Origin: Octopus sinensis | Lineage: Eukaryota | Reading direction: 5' to 3' | Assembly (NCBI RefSeq): GCF_006345805.1 | Contig: NC_043012.1 | Coordinates: 10,292,001-10,356,000 of the forward strand | Length of the DNA: 64,000 bases | Shown here: piece after piece, positions 12,516 through 24,934 of the stretch | Position numbering within the stretch: position 1 is the first letter of the stretch | Layout: each line of letters begins with the position of its first letter | The notes under the pieces: generated by a model | The model's input: the letters and a program-made list of their open reading frames with translations, nothing else | Databases searched by the model: none | What the model was told of the DNA's origin: nothing | Position numbers and translations under genes: made by a program

Positions 12516-13589
12516 TATTGCTAATCATGTTTCGTTTAAACTGTAGGAAAGACATAAGGTTGGGGAAGTTTCTGGAGGGCTCATATTCCATGGAAGGAGG
12601 TCTGAGAATAAGGGTTATTCTAGGGACATGTATTTCGGAAAAAAGTGACGAGCAGTGAAGTGACAAGGGTGTTAAATAATGGAGCTATGAGAGCAGTTAA
12701 TCAGTGGCTATTATATATGTTCATGTCATCTGTAAAACATAAATGCTTGGTCACAATTTCAACACTGGTTTTCAAAAATAAATATACGGCTCCTATTTAT
12801 TTTCCTGGTTTCTCTTTTTGTCCTTCATTTACTTGCTCTTCGCTTCAGTTAATAGCGACAAATCTTTTGACCGAAAGAGAAAAATCAGTTCCATGTTTAA
12901 CTTGAGTGTTAAAGTAGCGTAAAGAGGTGATAGACATTTTCTTCCCTTTGTTGAAGATACATTTTCAAGTCATATGTAAAAATTTCAAAATTATAAAACC
13001 ATAGTATCAAATACATATACAGCACGTTTGCTGAAAGGGATGACAAATTAAGAGAAAATAATTCGCTTTTATTGAAGATATATTTTCGTGTCATAGATGA
13101 ATTTCGGTGTTGAATGTCAAGATTGGTTATTAATTCAAAGCTTAAAACTGGCATTCCAAACGGGAACTAAGAAATTTGAGACCGAAAATTTAATTCTGTT
13201 TCAAGTGATTTGGAAAAGGCAATTTCAATAAAAGACGGAGAAACTTTATCTCAGCTAAAGTTATCCCTCCCTTTCAACACAGCGGGGTAACTTATAATTG
13301 GTGTTACGGATTGCTATTCTCGCTCATAATTTAAATATATTTGTATAACAAGAAGAGAGGAGAGCCACATGTAGGCAGAACATTATTGTCATCACTCATT
13401 TTGTCATTCCTTTCAACACATGGTCACTATGTAATTGATAGTCGAGAAATCGGTTGAACATATAATTGGTATTTATGGTTAGTAATAACACATAATGAAC
13501 ACCAATTACAGGTGATTACACCAGGCGTGTAACAGTTGGACTACAGGGAAGTAGACTGATATCGAGAGACAGACAGACAAAGTGGTAGA

Positions 13590-13639
13590 GTTTTAGATAG
13601 ACACATAGTGACAGGTAGATAGATAGGTAGTTGGGCATG

Positions 13640-13670
<31 letters not shown>

Positions 13671-13838
13671 GGAGACAGACAGATAGATAAAGAAATAAAT
13701 GAATAGATAGATAGGTAAATACATAGACAGACAAGCAGACAGACAGAAAGGCAGACAGACAGACAGACAGACAGAAGGGCAGACGGACAGACAGACAGAG
13801 AGATAGATAGATAGATAGATATATAGATAGATAGATAA

Positions 13839-13921
<83 letters not shown>
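13590..13921. repeat. (GATA)n/(GACA)n microsatellite
   Basis: Seen directly; abuts the 3' end of the Tx1 fragment. Confidence 0.95.
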
Positions 13922-13922
<1 letters not shown>

Positions 13923-14948
13923 GTTTCTTTATTAGCCACACAGGGCTGCACACAGATGGGACAAATTACAAGGTAGAGCTTTTCTTTTTGGGGATGAAAA
14001 AAAAAAGTGGTGTAGGTTTTCGATCAAAAGGGATCGTAAAGGGAAAAAGAAAAGAAAAAATGAAAAAAAAGGAAGGAAAAAAGAAAAAAGAAGAAAATTA
14101 AAGGAAAAAAGGGGGAAAAAAAACCATCAATAGGGATCGTGTATCAGTGTCATGATGTACGGTGTAAAGGGGGAAGCAGATAAGATTTATCCGTGGGAAG
14201 AAAAGCCTACGAAAAAGACCACGGTAACCTCGGTCAATATTGTAACATGTTACCACATTTGTTTGAAAGTGGGTAACCCTCTGGTTTCTGGGTCCATAGG
14301 ATTATGCTCACGGTGGCTTCGTCATTCATACGTGCCATCCTTGCTACATTCACCCATCTTTTTTTTAAACATTCGCTAGACAAAACTTGCCTCTCTACTC
14401 ACACTTTCCTTTTCAAGTGATACTTGAAGAAGTTGATGAGAGATTGACCAGAGAGGAATGTGTTTGTCTCCAATCCTTTCAGACGCGTCCACCAGATACA
14501 TTCTTTCGCCATATCCGCAAGGATGATGAAAATAGCTCTTCCTTCCCGTTTGAAGGAAGGAGGCGTGACAATATTGATGATAGATTCAGCTGATAAACCG
14601 ACTCGTCCCACACGTGACAGCAGTTGTTTGACATAAGCCCACAGGTCGGAAATAGTTCGACGCTGCACGAGCGCATGCAGAACGGTTTTGTCGCTCTGAC
14701 CGCATCTCGGGCAGGTCGGCCCCGTGTTTCTCGAGTCGTGTCTATAGAGCTTATCCCGAACGGGTAGCGCTTCTCGGTAGCACTGCCAAGCCAGGGATCT
14801 CTGGAAGTTGTCCATGGGCCCTGGCCCGAATGTCGTCCCGAACAGGCGGGTCAGGTATTCCTCGTTGACCTCCAGGTTCCCCCCGAGCTCGTCGTCGTAC
14901 CTCCCCTCCACTAATCCCTTATAGATTGCTTGGGTTGTGTTGGAGTCA
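13922..14948 (-). mobile_element. 5'-truncated Tx1/L1-clade non-LTR retrotransposon (ORF2 C-terminus plus 3' UTR)
   Basis: SLAWQCYREALPVRDKLYRH..TCPRCGQSDKTVLHALVQ..LW is the zf-RVT region of L1/Tx1 ORF2. AATAAA at 13928-13933 is followed directly by (TATC)n. Confidence 0.85.
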
Positions 14949-14975
14949 TAGATAGATAGATAGATAGATAGATAG

Positions 14976-15037
<62 letters not shown>

Positions 15038-15050
15038 TGAACAAAGTGGC
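14949..15050. repeat. (GATA)n microsatellite
   Basis: Seen directly; abuts the 5' truncation point of the Tx1 fragment. Confidence 0.95.
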
Positions 15051-15439
15051 AAATATAGATATAGATAAGAAATCTTATGCAACCCAAGGCTGAATTTTGG
15101 TAATGGCTGGTTCAGTGTTAGGAAGGTCTCGTAATTCTAAGCCATATTGCAATAATAGATCAACGCTTGACCTTATAGTATTGACTGAGGTCCTAACAAT
15201 GCCTTTATTGTTGCTATGATAGAGCCTTGGGAAAACAATTATGAAGATTTAGGGATCATGTGGGCTGGGAAGAAAATGGTATATATTATTGTATATATCT
15301 AGCCTTGAATTTTAAGCACACAATAGTAGCGACTCGGTAAATGAATGTAAATTCAACAAATGTTAAATCATGTTTATGGAAGAGGTATGTGATAGAAATA
15401 CAAAAGCTGAGAGCAAAGACGAAATCCTCAGCTAATTCT

Positions 15440-15740
15440 GAGACCCCCTTCGGTCACGACACAGACCATGGGATTGCACCTAGAAAGTCACCCTCCCAGG
15501 CACAAGTCCGGGCAAGGTTGTTTATAGAAGACCAGCAGTCGCCCATGCATACCGGCCTGCCCTCTCCACGCCACCAGTATTATCCAAGGGAAAGGCAACT
15601 CATTTCTACAGCTGATTGAACTGGAGCAACGTGAAATAATGTGTCTTGCTCAAGAACACAACACGTAGCCCGGTCCGGAATTCGAGCTCACAACCTCACG
15701 ATCGTAAGCTCGACGCTCTAACCACTGAGTCATGCGCCTC
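15440..15740 (-). mobile_element. tRNA-headed SINE with a CORE-like segment and a GC-rich 3' body
   Basis: Minus-strand head gaggcgcatgactcagtggttagagcg..gagctcgaattcc, then gtgttcttgagcaagacac; the head and core are shared with 33734-34052. Confidence 0.8.
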
Positions 15741-16009
15741 AGCTAGTAATATACGCAATAATTTGTACATTGTTGAGATTAAAACAACATTTGATCTATC
15801 GTAATATTGCCTAGATATCGGAGAAAGTGAATGTATGACAGTGTCAACTCAAAAGCCCAGGATATTTCCTGGTAGCTTTAACACTGTTCGGTAACGTTAG
15901 AGAGATCGATACTTTCAGAAATATGCGCTATCACCTGTCTACAACTAACGATTTGAATTTCCCGCAGTGCATATCTTGGTTCAATCCATATATTTGTCGT
16001 GTCTTTCAG

Positions 16010-16079
16010 CGATGTTTTTCGGTACTTGTTATTATTGATGCAGCTTCACTGTATGGAGCTTATTATCTCTCCAAACATG
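16010..16079 (+). CDS. Candidate internal exon (RCFSVLVIIDAASLYGAYYLSKH)
   Basis: Acceptor tttgtcgtgtctttcag, donor ATG|gtgagt, 70 nt, open in two frames; no confident homology. Confidence 0.3.
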
Positions 16080-18340
16080 GTGAGTTACATGAACTCACAC
16101 ACTAACGAAAAATGTGAACCAATATTGTTTCATTGTGCGACATACGTCACTAATCTATATGTACATTCTATATTTCATTCAATAATTAAAATTCCCGATG
16201 GAAACCTATGACTGAAACTCATCCTTCGCATAAAGAACACGTATTTTTGATGCCACACACGTGAATTCACTCTTCTTTTTCTGTAATCGATCCTAAACCA
16301 TCGTACGACATCTATATTACAATATATCTTTCACAGAAACTGAGAAAGAATAGACACTGAAGATAGAAAGAAGTTGCATTTACATAATTTTACAATATAT
16401 TTAAAATTTGGAAGCTAATCGAATATTAGAAATACATAGAGGATTTCCAGTTCATATTCAACGGTTTCCAGTTGAATTAACTGCATTAAAGTAAAAGTGG
16501 TTAAGACAGAGTGTATGAAGTAGTAAGCAGATTAAGCGGAGAGGCAATGAAGAATGAACCACCTGTGACTCTTTCTAAAGTCAACATCCTCAGTAATTTC
16601 ATTGCACGATCTTTTTGGTTCTTGCATTTATTAGACTAGAGAAGACGAATAGTATTTTCTAAGCATATGCAAAATTGCTGCCTGTGTTCTTGATCGACAC
16701 ATAATTTTACCAATTCCCTACCCTCACAACAGACACATCCTTCATAATCTCTTCACTTATTTCGCTCACTTCTGCATACGCCTCTCCTAATCACTGGTAT
16801 TTCAATGCAGCTATCTGATCAGAGAGCCACTACTTCTAAGGTGGGTGTCACTGCTAGCAGCGGGTTGAGCGTTACCTACATATCTCGACCCTCTCTACTT
16901 CTTATATGCATTTAGCTTTCAACGTTCAATTGTTGTGTCGAAATATATGTGATCACAATTGTTCACCATCTTCAGTGATCATTATTCTTTCTCAGTTCCT
17001 GACTGAACGATTTTTCTACAGCCAAATGTTTTGGTTGTGTCTGATAAGAGAATCTGCAAGTTATTTATCTAAATACGTGTTGCAGAAATTACTTCCCCAG
17101 CAGGGAATCGGAAGTTAATTGTCAGAGAATTCCATTGCAGTGGGCATTCAATCAGCTGTAGGCAACGAAAATTCTGTTCTGTAGCTCATACTATTTTCTA
17201 CAACATATTTTTAATCACGCACCTTTATAAACAACATTTCCAGTTTGTAATAAGCATTTTAAACACTTTGGCGCTGTCAGTCTCATCGAATATAACAGCA
17301 TGTGCAAAATTATAATCGTAATCCATACCCAGGAAATATGCTCCATAAGTGGTAGATATAACAATGGCTGATTATCCGCAATCATATTGGATTTTCTCTA
17401 CTTTTTAATATCGCCTGTATTTCCCCACAAGCGAGTTACATCATTCCATTCCACAGCTAATTTACTTTATGAAAGTAATTCTCATTGCTTTTGCCAAAGG
17501 CGGAACACGTTATATCTTATTTATCTAATTTTATTAAAGAAATCATTTACTTAAAACACTTTTGTCCTCAATTAGAATTCTTAGAATCCGAACATATTTA
17601 CCGGCGTAAATCATCGTCATCAAACTTAAGAAAACTCCAGTTTCCTATCACAAATATCATTTGACTAATTTTATTCCGCCTCTTTTAACATGTCATATCT
17701 AATTCCTATAAACTGTCCACGTGAAGTGTTTCTGAATTGTAGATTTCATTGAATTATTTCTCATTTTATTGATAAAATCAAAATTCTGTACAGTACCTTC
17801 AATCAATACATTGTGCTATCTTTTCCTCTTCTGCTCTCCTGCCTTAAAAATAATATGAGGTGAATTGTCTAGAATGTCGGAGTTTCTTAATTTTCAAATT
17901 ATTTTGTTTTCGATATCTATTATCTTAAATTATGTTTCTCTGATCAGCCAAGCGGTAATCTTAAAAACAAGAAATTTTTTTAATCGTAAACATTAACCGA
18001 TTATTCACAGGTGTATTATACACCAGAGTATTGCTGTTGTCTCGACAGATTAGTGACTACACTCTTAGGAAATTTAACTTTCAAACACAAACACCTATGC
18101 AACTGATAGGCAAACGTTCTCTTGACAACTTAGTATGATCATTTGTGTACACCAAAAGTTTCTACTCCATTGCAACTACTAGACAGATACTTTACTCGGA
18201 CTTGTTACGTGGAGTAACGAGTATATCTCCTCTCACGTCACTCAAGTCTTAATACAGCTGTTTTGAGTTTACCTGAAGATCCTCCGCTGCCATTTTCCAA
18301 TCTACATAGATATGTGATAGTCTTTGTTACTATTTCTTAG

Positions 18341-18543
18341 ATATACATCTCGGGCAAGAAGATCCAGTTTCACTTGCCAGGGTTCTGTTCTGCCATAGTA
18401 TTTGCAGTTGCGCCAGTGGCATGCTTTTCGCGTTGGAAGCACGAAAGTACCATTCTCAAAGATTCAATGAGGATTTTTTTCTATATGTCTATTCCTGGGA
18501 TGTGTGCAATCATCATCGTGATTGTGGTTGTCGCTCCTACTAA
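18341..18543 (+). CDS. Candidate exon of unknown product
   Basis: Acceptor ttactatttcttag; open for 66 codons in one frame and longer in a second; frame-compatible with 16010-16079; no recognised homology. Confidence 0.25.
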
Positions 18544-18587
18544 TAATATCGCCCACCTTTTATATAATAATCCTATTAATGTGTATA

Positions 18588-18839
18588 GTGAAGGCGCGTG
18601 GCTTAGTGGTTAGGGCATTCGGCTGACAAATTTAAAGTCGTGAGTTCAATTATCGGCGACGCGTTGTGTCCTTATACATGTATTTCAAAGGGCCAGCGTT
18701 GTCACACTCTGAATATCCCTGAGAGCTACGTTATGGATACACGTGTCTGTGGAGTGCTCAACCACTTTCATGTTAATTTCACGAGCAAGCTGTTACGTTG
18801 ATCGTATCAGCTGTGAGCCTCGTCGCCGTAACCGATGGA
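18588..18839 (+). mobile_element. tRNA-headed SINE, internally deleted relative to 33734-34052
   Basis: ggcgcgtggcttagtggttagggcattcggct head and shared 3' body ..acacgtgtctgtggagtgctc..gttaatttcacgagc..gtaaccga. Confidence 0.8.
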
Positions 18840-19962
18840 TAAAATTATGTAGCTGGCTGGCAGAGGAAAATCTTAGAGGTATTAAAAAGTTAAGTTGTAG
18901 GCTGCATCACTGAGATTATATGAGAAGGACTGCTATCAACATTGAAAAACTTTAACAGACACTATGGGGGAACATCTCATCATAATCATCATAATTTCTG
19001 CCGGTAATAAAGTTATTCTGTCGTTATAAAAATCGAGATGAACTTTACTTGTGAGTAGTTTTGTTTGTGGATGATGTTGCGGAAAGAATATATGTTTGAA
19101 TTATTATTATTATTTTTAATACTATTGATTCATAATTCAACTATGTCGAAGCATTAGCAGAGAAAGATTATCCAGTAGGACTTACACTTTGAATTTTGAG
19201 TTGTGAAATAATAAAGTACAGCTAAATCTTCTATCCGGTACACAACTATTTATAATAAACAACAGCATTAGTTAAATGGCCAACTACCATTAAGTTTGAA
19301 ATCATTGTGAGTTTATAAATAAAACACTAATATAGACAGAATACCTAGATTTTGGTGGGGTGGAATAGTCGATGACAACGACTCCAGTGGTAAACATTTC
19401 TTTCAATGACTCTGATAGACGATCTGGTTGGGAATTTGAAATTTAAAAAATATATTAGATAGAAACCATCGTAAGAATTCATTAAACCATTGGTTATATA
19501 TGAATAGAAGATAGAGGACAGGTTCTCAGTTGGTGAAAAAATAGTGAAACAAAGTGATGTTTCAATAATATGTTTAATGGCGGGTTAGTAATACATCATG
19601 CAATATTTGTTTTGATTAAAATATGTTCTTTAGATTTTACATTATGAAAGATAACAATGTCCATTAAAGGGTGTTTGTATTGATTCACGTGCAGGAACGT
19701 GTAGACGTGCCAGATATCCATTTTCCATGAATCAAAAATCTTTACCGAACCTCATCATATCTTTCCAACAATCATCGTTCATTAATAAGATTATTTTCAT
19801 TATGGGCATAATTGTAAACGTTACTCCTTTTGCTGTGATAATTATGATTCATAATACCATTTAATTATCAGTCGAGGAAATTAGACGAAACATTCGTATA
19901 CATACCCTCTAATTTCGTTATGTATCTGAACATATTTCGCAATTACGTGTATCTATGAATAC

Positions 19963-19965
<3 letters not shown>

Positions 19966-19993
<28 letters not shown>

Positions 19994-20155
19994 TGTATGT
20001 ATGTATGTATGTATGTATGTATGTATGTACGTCATTGTTAAGTTTAATTTCAAGATTTCTCGCCAATAGAGAAATAACTGGTTTCTAACCTAGACTCAAG
20101 GCTACTTCATTAGAAATTCAACCACATCAACCGGGTAGTTTTGTATGTATGTATG

Positions 20156-20216
<61 letters not shown>
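19966..20216. repeat. Two (TATG)n arrays bracketing a ~100-bp non-repetitive insert
   Basis: Arrays at about 19966-20029 and 20133-20216 seen directly. Confidence 0.9.
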
Positions 20217-20218
<2 letters not shown>

Positions 20219-20229
20219 GTAAAGTTAAT

Positions 20230-20405
20230 CCAAACATGAAAATACAAAGAGAAAACACAACAACGCGAGGACATGGAACAAGTATAGTGTTATTGGACGC
20301 TCAGGAAAGGAAAGAAAGAGGAGGACTTCACGTTTTGAGCGGAGCTCTTCGTCAGAAACATAGGAAAAGGAACGGAAGACGCAGGAAAAAATTCGCCAAC
20401 GATAC
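20230..20405 (-). mobile_element. Short repeat carrying a degenerate hammerhead-like core
   Basis: Minus strand GUUU-CUGACGA-A-GAGC(UCC)GCUC-AAAA-CGUG at 20327-20359; G12 and H17 are mutated. Downstream cctgagcgt is shared with the 38730 copy. Confidence 0.55.
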
Positions 20406-20429
20406 ACATTCGGTCACATGTATGTATGT

Positions 20430-20745
20430 ATGTGCCTACGTGTGCAGATTTATAGATTTCGTTTTATGTATGTATTCCTGTACATATAGTTGCATGTCAA
20501 ATGTGCTCATTTATACTTACATGAGAAACGTCTGGAAAGTTCTATAGATCTTTACAGTTCCAGTGATGGCTTGAATGAGCTTTCTAATTTCTGGCTTTGA
20601 GAATCCTAATTGCTCAAGATTGGTATTTAGGCACAATGTGTTCCATATCCCAGTGTCCCAATCTACGTATATTGCTATAAAGATTTCCGCGCCTACTTGT
20701 AAAGTGGTGTACTTTTCTTTATACTTGCATATTGAAAAGCTTTTA
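20430..20745 (-). mobile_element. 3' end of an RLE-type (R4/Dong/NeSL-like) non-LTR element ending in (ACAT)n
   Basis: EKYTTL..LNTNLEQLGFSKPEIRKLIQAITGTVKIYRTF resembles the post-endonuclease C-terminus of RLE elements (KY..L, LG, GT.KI.R). Confidence 0.55.
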
Positions 20746-21442
20746 TATGTTTTCATTTATGTGCATGGATGCACACTCCTACTTATTATCACTCAGTTAT
20801 CTATGCATGTATATAGTTATATCCATCTTTCTGTCTCTCCTTCTGTCTGTCAGCCTGAAGTTAATATCCTTCCATCGCACATCTTGAATGTCTTTCTGTC
20901 TATCTCTCTATTTATAGATGTGCACACACACACAGGCTCATGCGCGCACACACACGTTCGCACACACACACACTGACAAACATACACACACATACACTTA
21001 TACATATATATGTGTGTGTATGTGTGTGTGCGTGTATGCGTGTCAAGAAAGATTTAAAGAAGAATGTTGCGATCGAGGTGAATCTCAGTGACCTTTTTGT
21101 GAGCAGTTTGTAACACACCAAGCCTTTCATTTGCTGGGTCAAATCTCATTTGAAGAGAAAAACTAACCACCAACAGCTATTCTGCGTATATATCTGTGCA
21201 CACTATTCAATGCCATGTATGCCATGAGGTCGTAAATTCTAACGGAGGCCTCAAAAGACATTTTTAGAAACTCAAACATCAGTACTGAACTGCAACTCCT
21301 GGTGGTCTAAATCAGATATGCAATCTATATGGGTGTTTTACTACATTTACTCTGGTTTAAAAAGCCATTTCAGACGCCCTGACAAATCTAAGGTGTAGGT
21401 ACAGGAAGTAGCTAGACTTTGCATAAAAAGAAGCCGTAAGGC

Positions 21443-21790
21443 TACGCTTCCACACACGCCAGCTTAATTTAGCTTGCCCTTTGTCGAAAGACACCTGTTG
21501 TTCATGTCTTGTAATTATGTACCATTTCTCCGTTTTGTTTTGTCCTTGTTTTCGTATACATTCGCTTGCTTTCTTCCAAAGAATCTAGTGATCTTAGCAT
21601 ATATTTTCTTGGGGCCGGGCAGATTGGAGCAGTGTCGAGTGTAAACTGCCGAAACTGCAACGAATATCTGGAACTCGACTGATGACAGAAAGTTCTGAAT
21701 GACCTGTCCCAGTTTTTTCCTGTCGTTTCTTGGATAGTCTAACTGTCCGGGTCCTTTTTGTCGCTCGTTACGTTCTTATTCCATTTTTTG
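21443..21790 (+). repeat. Direct repeat copy 1 (~350 bp), candidate Penelope pseudo-LTR
   Basis: Aligns co-linearly by eye with 22785-23135 (shared blocks cttccacacac.ccagcttaattta, gtaccatttctccgtttt, aaagaatctagtg, cagattggagcagtgtcgagtgtaa). Confidence 0.85.
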
Positions 21791-21806
21791 CCCTGTTTTA
21801 CAGAAA

Positions 21807-22118
21807 TTCAAGATCAAATCTAATTTTATTTGTGCCTCTGAAAACATAATTTATGTCATAAGATGCTCGGGCTGCCACGAAAATTGCGTGGGGTCCACGG
21901 GACTATCACTCAGACGTAGATGCACACTGCATCGACAACAGTTTGCATTCCCAGAATACAGAATGATACCCTTTAGTGAGCACATTGAGAAATGTGCAAA
22001 GCAACTACTACCACAATTTTTAATCTTTCCATTCTACCAATGTGCTATCGGAACACCAATACAAATTAGACTAAACAAGGAAACATTATTCATTGAAAAA
22101 TACAAGCCCAAACTTAAC
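21807..22118 (+). mobile_element. Penelope-like element GIY-YIG endonuclease fragment
   Basis: FKIKSNFICASENIIYVIRCSGCHENCVGSTGLSLRRRCTLHRQQ..FSEHIEKC..IFPFYQC..RLNKETLFIEKYKPKLN: PLE-type GIY-YIG with CCHH residues and the KE..FI..YKP.LN terminus. Confidence 0.9.
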
Positions 22119-22784
22119 CATTCCAACATTCTTATACAGAGAAACTCACTCCAAAAAAAGGCAAAAAATATTAAGCGATTATCTCCCTTACACCGGAAGA
22201 AATCACTTATTACCTCCCCTTATCTTGAACTCTTTCTTCACACTTCTCAACGTAAACATAACGATGTAAGAAATTTGAAAAGCTGAACGCGAAACCGGTC
22301 ATTTCTTCAAAAATTATGTCATTGTATGAAAAAAATTTATAACATTCTCCAGACATATTGACTCAAATATATATTTTTTAAACTTTTAAAACAAGCCTTC
22401 TGTAGTGTTTTCACTTTTTACTATTTTCTATATATATATATATATAACGGCCTACATGCGCTTGTGTTCACCCGTAGGTAAGTATATATCTAAATTCTGT
22501 ACGACGGTACACACTATCTTCGTTCTTTCCACTTTTCTTTTTGTCGCTCCCCCTCTCTCACATTTCTTGGTCTTTCCTTCATTCTCGTCACTTTGTTCTC
22601 TCCTCTTTTACCTCACTCTGTCCCTTTCCTTTTTTTACTCCCTTCTCCGCGCTAATTCTTCAATGCCTCTGCCTCTACCTCTCTCCTCTCCTTCCACTGA
22701 CTGGCTTTCTTGGTTCGACTACCATCCAAGTAGAATCTCTTATATTACTTATCATGACTTTCATCTCTTATGTTCCTGCCATAG

Positions 22785-23135
22785 AGCTTCACTTCCACAC
22801 ACTCCAGCTTAATTTAATTCGTACTTAGTCGAAAGATACCCGTTGTTAATGTCCTGTTGTTTGTAATTGTAATAGTGTACCATTTCTCCGTTTTTTCTTC
22901 ATCCTACATTTTCGTATACATCCGCTTGCTTTCTCTCAAAGAATCTAGTGTTCTTAGCTTAGATTTTCTGAGGTCCGGCCAGATTGGAGCAGTGTCGAGT
23001 GTAACTGGCCAAAACAGCAACCATGATCTGGAACTCAACTTACGATAGAATACTCCGAATAACCCATCTTTGTTTTTTACTGTCCTTTTTTGTATCGTCT
23101 AAATGTCTGGATATGTTGGTGTCTCCTGTTACATT
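22785..23135 (+). repeat. Direct repeat copy 2 (~350 bp)
   Basis: Homologous to 21443-21790; visibly diverged, roughly a quarter to a third of positions by eye. Confidence 0.85.
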
Positions 23136-23212
23136 CTTGTTCGATTTTTATATATATATATACATTTACATAGTACATTTTTGGTCTCCTATATATATGT
23201 GTGCATGTGTGT

Positions 23213-23251
<39 letters not shown>

Positions 23252-24934
23252 AGTATATACACATATAAGTATGAATGAGTATGTATATATATATATAGTA
23301 TTTCTATTTTCTTCCCAGAATCTTTTTTTTTTCTAAATACAACTATACAAACCACAATAAAAATAACAGCAGCAACAATAGGCACAATATTGTATGAGAA
23401 TATATGAGAATTTGATTAGTTTAACATTTTGATGAGGGGGAAAAAGATAATTTAAATTCTTTAATATATAATTATTACTAAGATGGATCATGCAATGGCC
23501 AACAATGAGAATTTTTAAAAAATGATATATAATTCAAACACAATGTGAATATATGCGTGTGCGTTTCAAATAATATTTATTGCGTTAAACAGTGGAATTT
23601 TAAGTAGTTATGTGTCTGTTCCTTGGTTTAGATTTTCTTTTATCTAATTTATTTAATATTTCTGATCACATCGTATGTCTTTCATAAAATTTCTTACAAT
23701 TCCAACATTCCACTCTAATTAACATGCGTATGTAATGCTGCTACATGTGTGATTAAAACTTACAAAACCATGAAGTGTTGGTGGGGTTTCTGTAGAATGT
23801 TATGATTAAGTTGTTCGAACCGTCGAAACAAAAAAACCCATTATACTGCAAACGGCAAGGTAAATGTAGTTGGCGTGATGCTGTAATGTGTAGAGATACT
23901 CCATATTCCATATGAAATTATAATTTATACACGCGTCTCTCTTATTCTCTCTCACTATATGTTGGCACTTATAAATCTAATTTCATAAGTGTCAACACAC
24001 GAACTCTCGGATCTTGAGTCACTCTGTTGCACCTGCTATTGATAAGAATATATATATATATATTCATATTTTGAATTCTATTTTTTTCTTTTTGCATCAA
24101 CATAACTATGTATGTATGTATTTATGCGTATATTTATATGTACGATTTTTCGTTGGGTTTTCATTTATGTATTTGAAAGAGTTCAAGCCGGTGGCTAACA
24201 AAACGACAAAACATTTTGATTTAAGAGACTTCCAAGTGTTTGTAAATATGTAGTTAAATTCAAATATTGTTTGTTGAACTGTCGTTGCATACAGTGGAGT
24301 ACGTGCATCTTTTCACATAAGAATTTTTAGAATGTCTTACAAATCTACACTGTGCTACCTATAGATTGGATTTGGAGAATATGTGTCAGTTTTCTTCTCT
24401 CTCCCTCTCTCTCTCTTTCTCTCTGTGAAACCGAGTATTTCTAGGTCTTTGTGAGAATTTGTTGGTTCATAAACTTATATGCATTCCTGTTTTATCTTTT
24501 CTCTATTGTCTGTTTCAGCCACTGTACTGGGGACATCCTGGAGCATGAATTTGAGACGATAATTCGAAGAAACTGGTGTTAATATATTCTTTTTAAAAGT
24601 TGTCCACTTGTTCTGAGTCTCCTTTTGTCAAATCACTAAGTTACACGGAAGGTAGTAATCCGACATTATTTTACTAAATTCCTTACTTTCAATGTTTATT
24701 GAAATAAAGACTGTATTTCAAAAGAAATATGGTAATAAAACTGTTAGAATTATGAAAATGAGAAAAAACGAAGCCTAAATCAAAACGGAACGAGAGCATT
24801 TCACATCCTCGTTTACATGTTTATATTTCCTTCAGATATCAGGCGTATGTGTGTGTTGTGTTGATGGTTGGGAATTGGAGAAGTGGTAGGATAAAGTGGT
24901 AGCAATTACGACGTCAACCAATGCTGGGTATGTA

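Noticed and set aside
20517-20756. Protein-like minus-strand ORF ending at a perfect gtaagt donor
   Set aside because: Better explained as the C-terminus of an RLE retroelement; the donor overlaps its stop codon.
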